A DNA stretch of 63,067 bases, the filler included, from Octopus bimaculoides (taxonomy: Eukaryota), in assembly GCF_001194135.2 (NCBI RefSeq). It is 5 parts of 4 records of this genome, joined end to end, with 100 filler letters (N's around TTAATTAATTAA, not from the genome) between each part and the next. Parts side by side here need not be neighbours in the genome. Positions count along the whole stretch, not along the records: positions 60,012 to 63,067 come from NW_026422816.1; 4 more parts are not named here. One strand, given 5' to 3'. Below the pieces are notes generated by a model. That model worked only from the letters and a program-made list of their open reading frames with translations, was not told the DNA's origin and made no database searches. This document shows, in pieces, positions 62,303 to 63,067 of this stretch (position 1 is its first letter; every line of letters begins with the position of its first letter). A program made the translations under genes and the position numbers.

Positions 62303-63067
62303 GTAAATGATAACAATAATAAACAAATAAGCCATTATTACGATGTAAAAGGAACGACTTTATTAAGATTTCTCGTTGAAAGACATTAAAGCTCCGCTAT
62401 ATTTCGCTTTAAACTTGCAAAATAAATTCCATTTGTTCCTGATTGTTCGTATCTAATTGTATTTCGTGTTTTTATTTAATCTTTTAAGACACTCTTCGTG
62501 TGTAATGCGTTTTCTTTATGCATATTTGTGTGTGTATTTGTTTATAGTTGTTCGTTTTTGTGAGGGTATTATCAGGTGTGTGTGTATGCATATATATATA
62601 TATATTTATCGGTATGTATGTGTGTGTCATTATGTGCGTGTTTTAAAAGAGGTGGATGTTAAACTATGTATGAGCGTATGTGCATTTCAGAGTGTATGTG
62701 CTTGTATTTATATGCGCGTTTTTAAAGAAATGGCTGTTAGCCTCTATGTATTAGTGTATGTGAATACTGGTGTCTGTGCGTGCGTGCACGTGCGGGGATG
62801 TGTATTTATATGTGTGTATTGAAAGAGATGGATGTTAAACTCTATGTGTGACAAAGAGTGAGCCATCTTATTTTGGCAATTAAATTTTCTTTATATTTCC
62901 ATGTGTGTATTAATGCATGTACCAGGGGTGCATGAAAAATTTTGAGCGTTCAAGGCATTTGAGCCTCGAAGTCTTGCGAAGGGTCAAAGCTGGTAGCAAA
63001 AACAGGACATACAATAAATCAAACGAAATGAAACACATATATGCTGATATTCATATATGCCTATATA

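Noticed and set aside
1-63067. CRISPR array, rRNA or prokaryotic operon
   Set aside because: No regularly spaced repeat-spacer array or rRNA-like sequence. The window is eukaryotic, intron- and TE-rich DNA.

Overview
Eukaryotic, AT-rich, microsatellite- and TE-dense genomic DNA. The SINE families and repeat style look like an Octopus (coleoid cephalopod) assembly, which is inferred from recognition only. Four identical 100-nt spacers (N44-TTAATTAATTAA-N44) show the window is a concatenation of five separately assembled pieces. The only host gene I can support is a partial methionine-R-sulfoxide reductase B (MsrB, MSRB3-like): two coding exons at 44136-44314 and 46320-46492 (+), with the catalytic 3' exon(s) missing because that piece ends at 47175. 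The rest is mobile DNA: several tRNA-derived SINE families, decayed mariner/Tc1 elements, CR1-, RTE- and R4/Dong-type LINE fragments, a Penelope-like (GIY-YIG) fragment, a mini-Helitron, foldback elements and microsatellites. The most notable signal is at least four unrelated sequence families carrying minimal type I hammerhead-ribozyme folds (C[U/C]GANGA...GAAA, with a short and mostly palindromic stem III). These are a 154-nt retrozyme-like repeat (5.7 kb), a tRNA-headed SINE with a hammerhead tail (35.8, 52.0, 55.7 kb), a Penelope 3' end (47.3, 51.4 kb) and an AT-rich foldback (50.5 kb). All folds were paired by eye and none has been tested. TE boundaries are approximate (about 10-30 nt).
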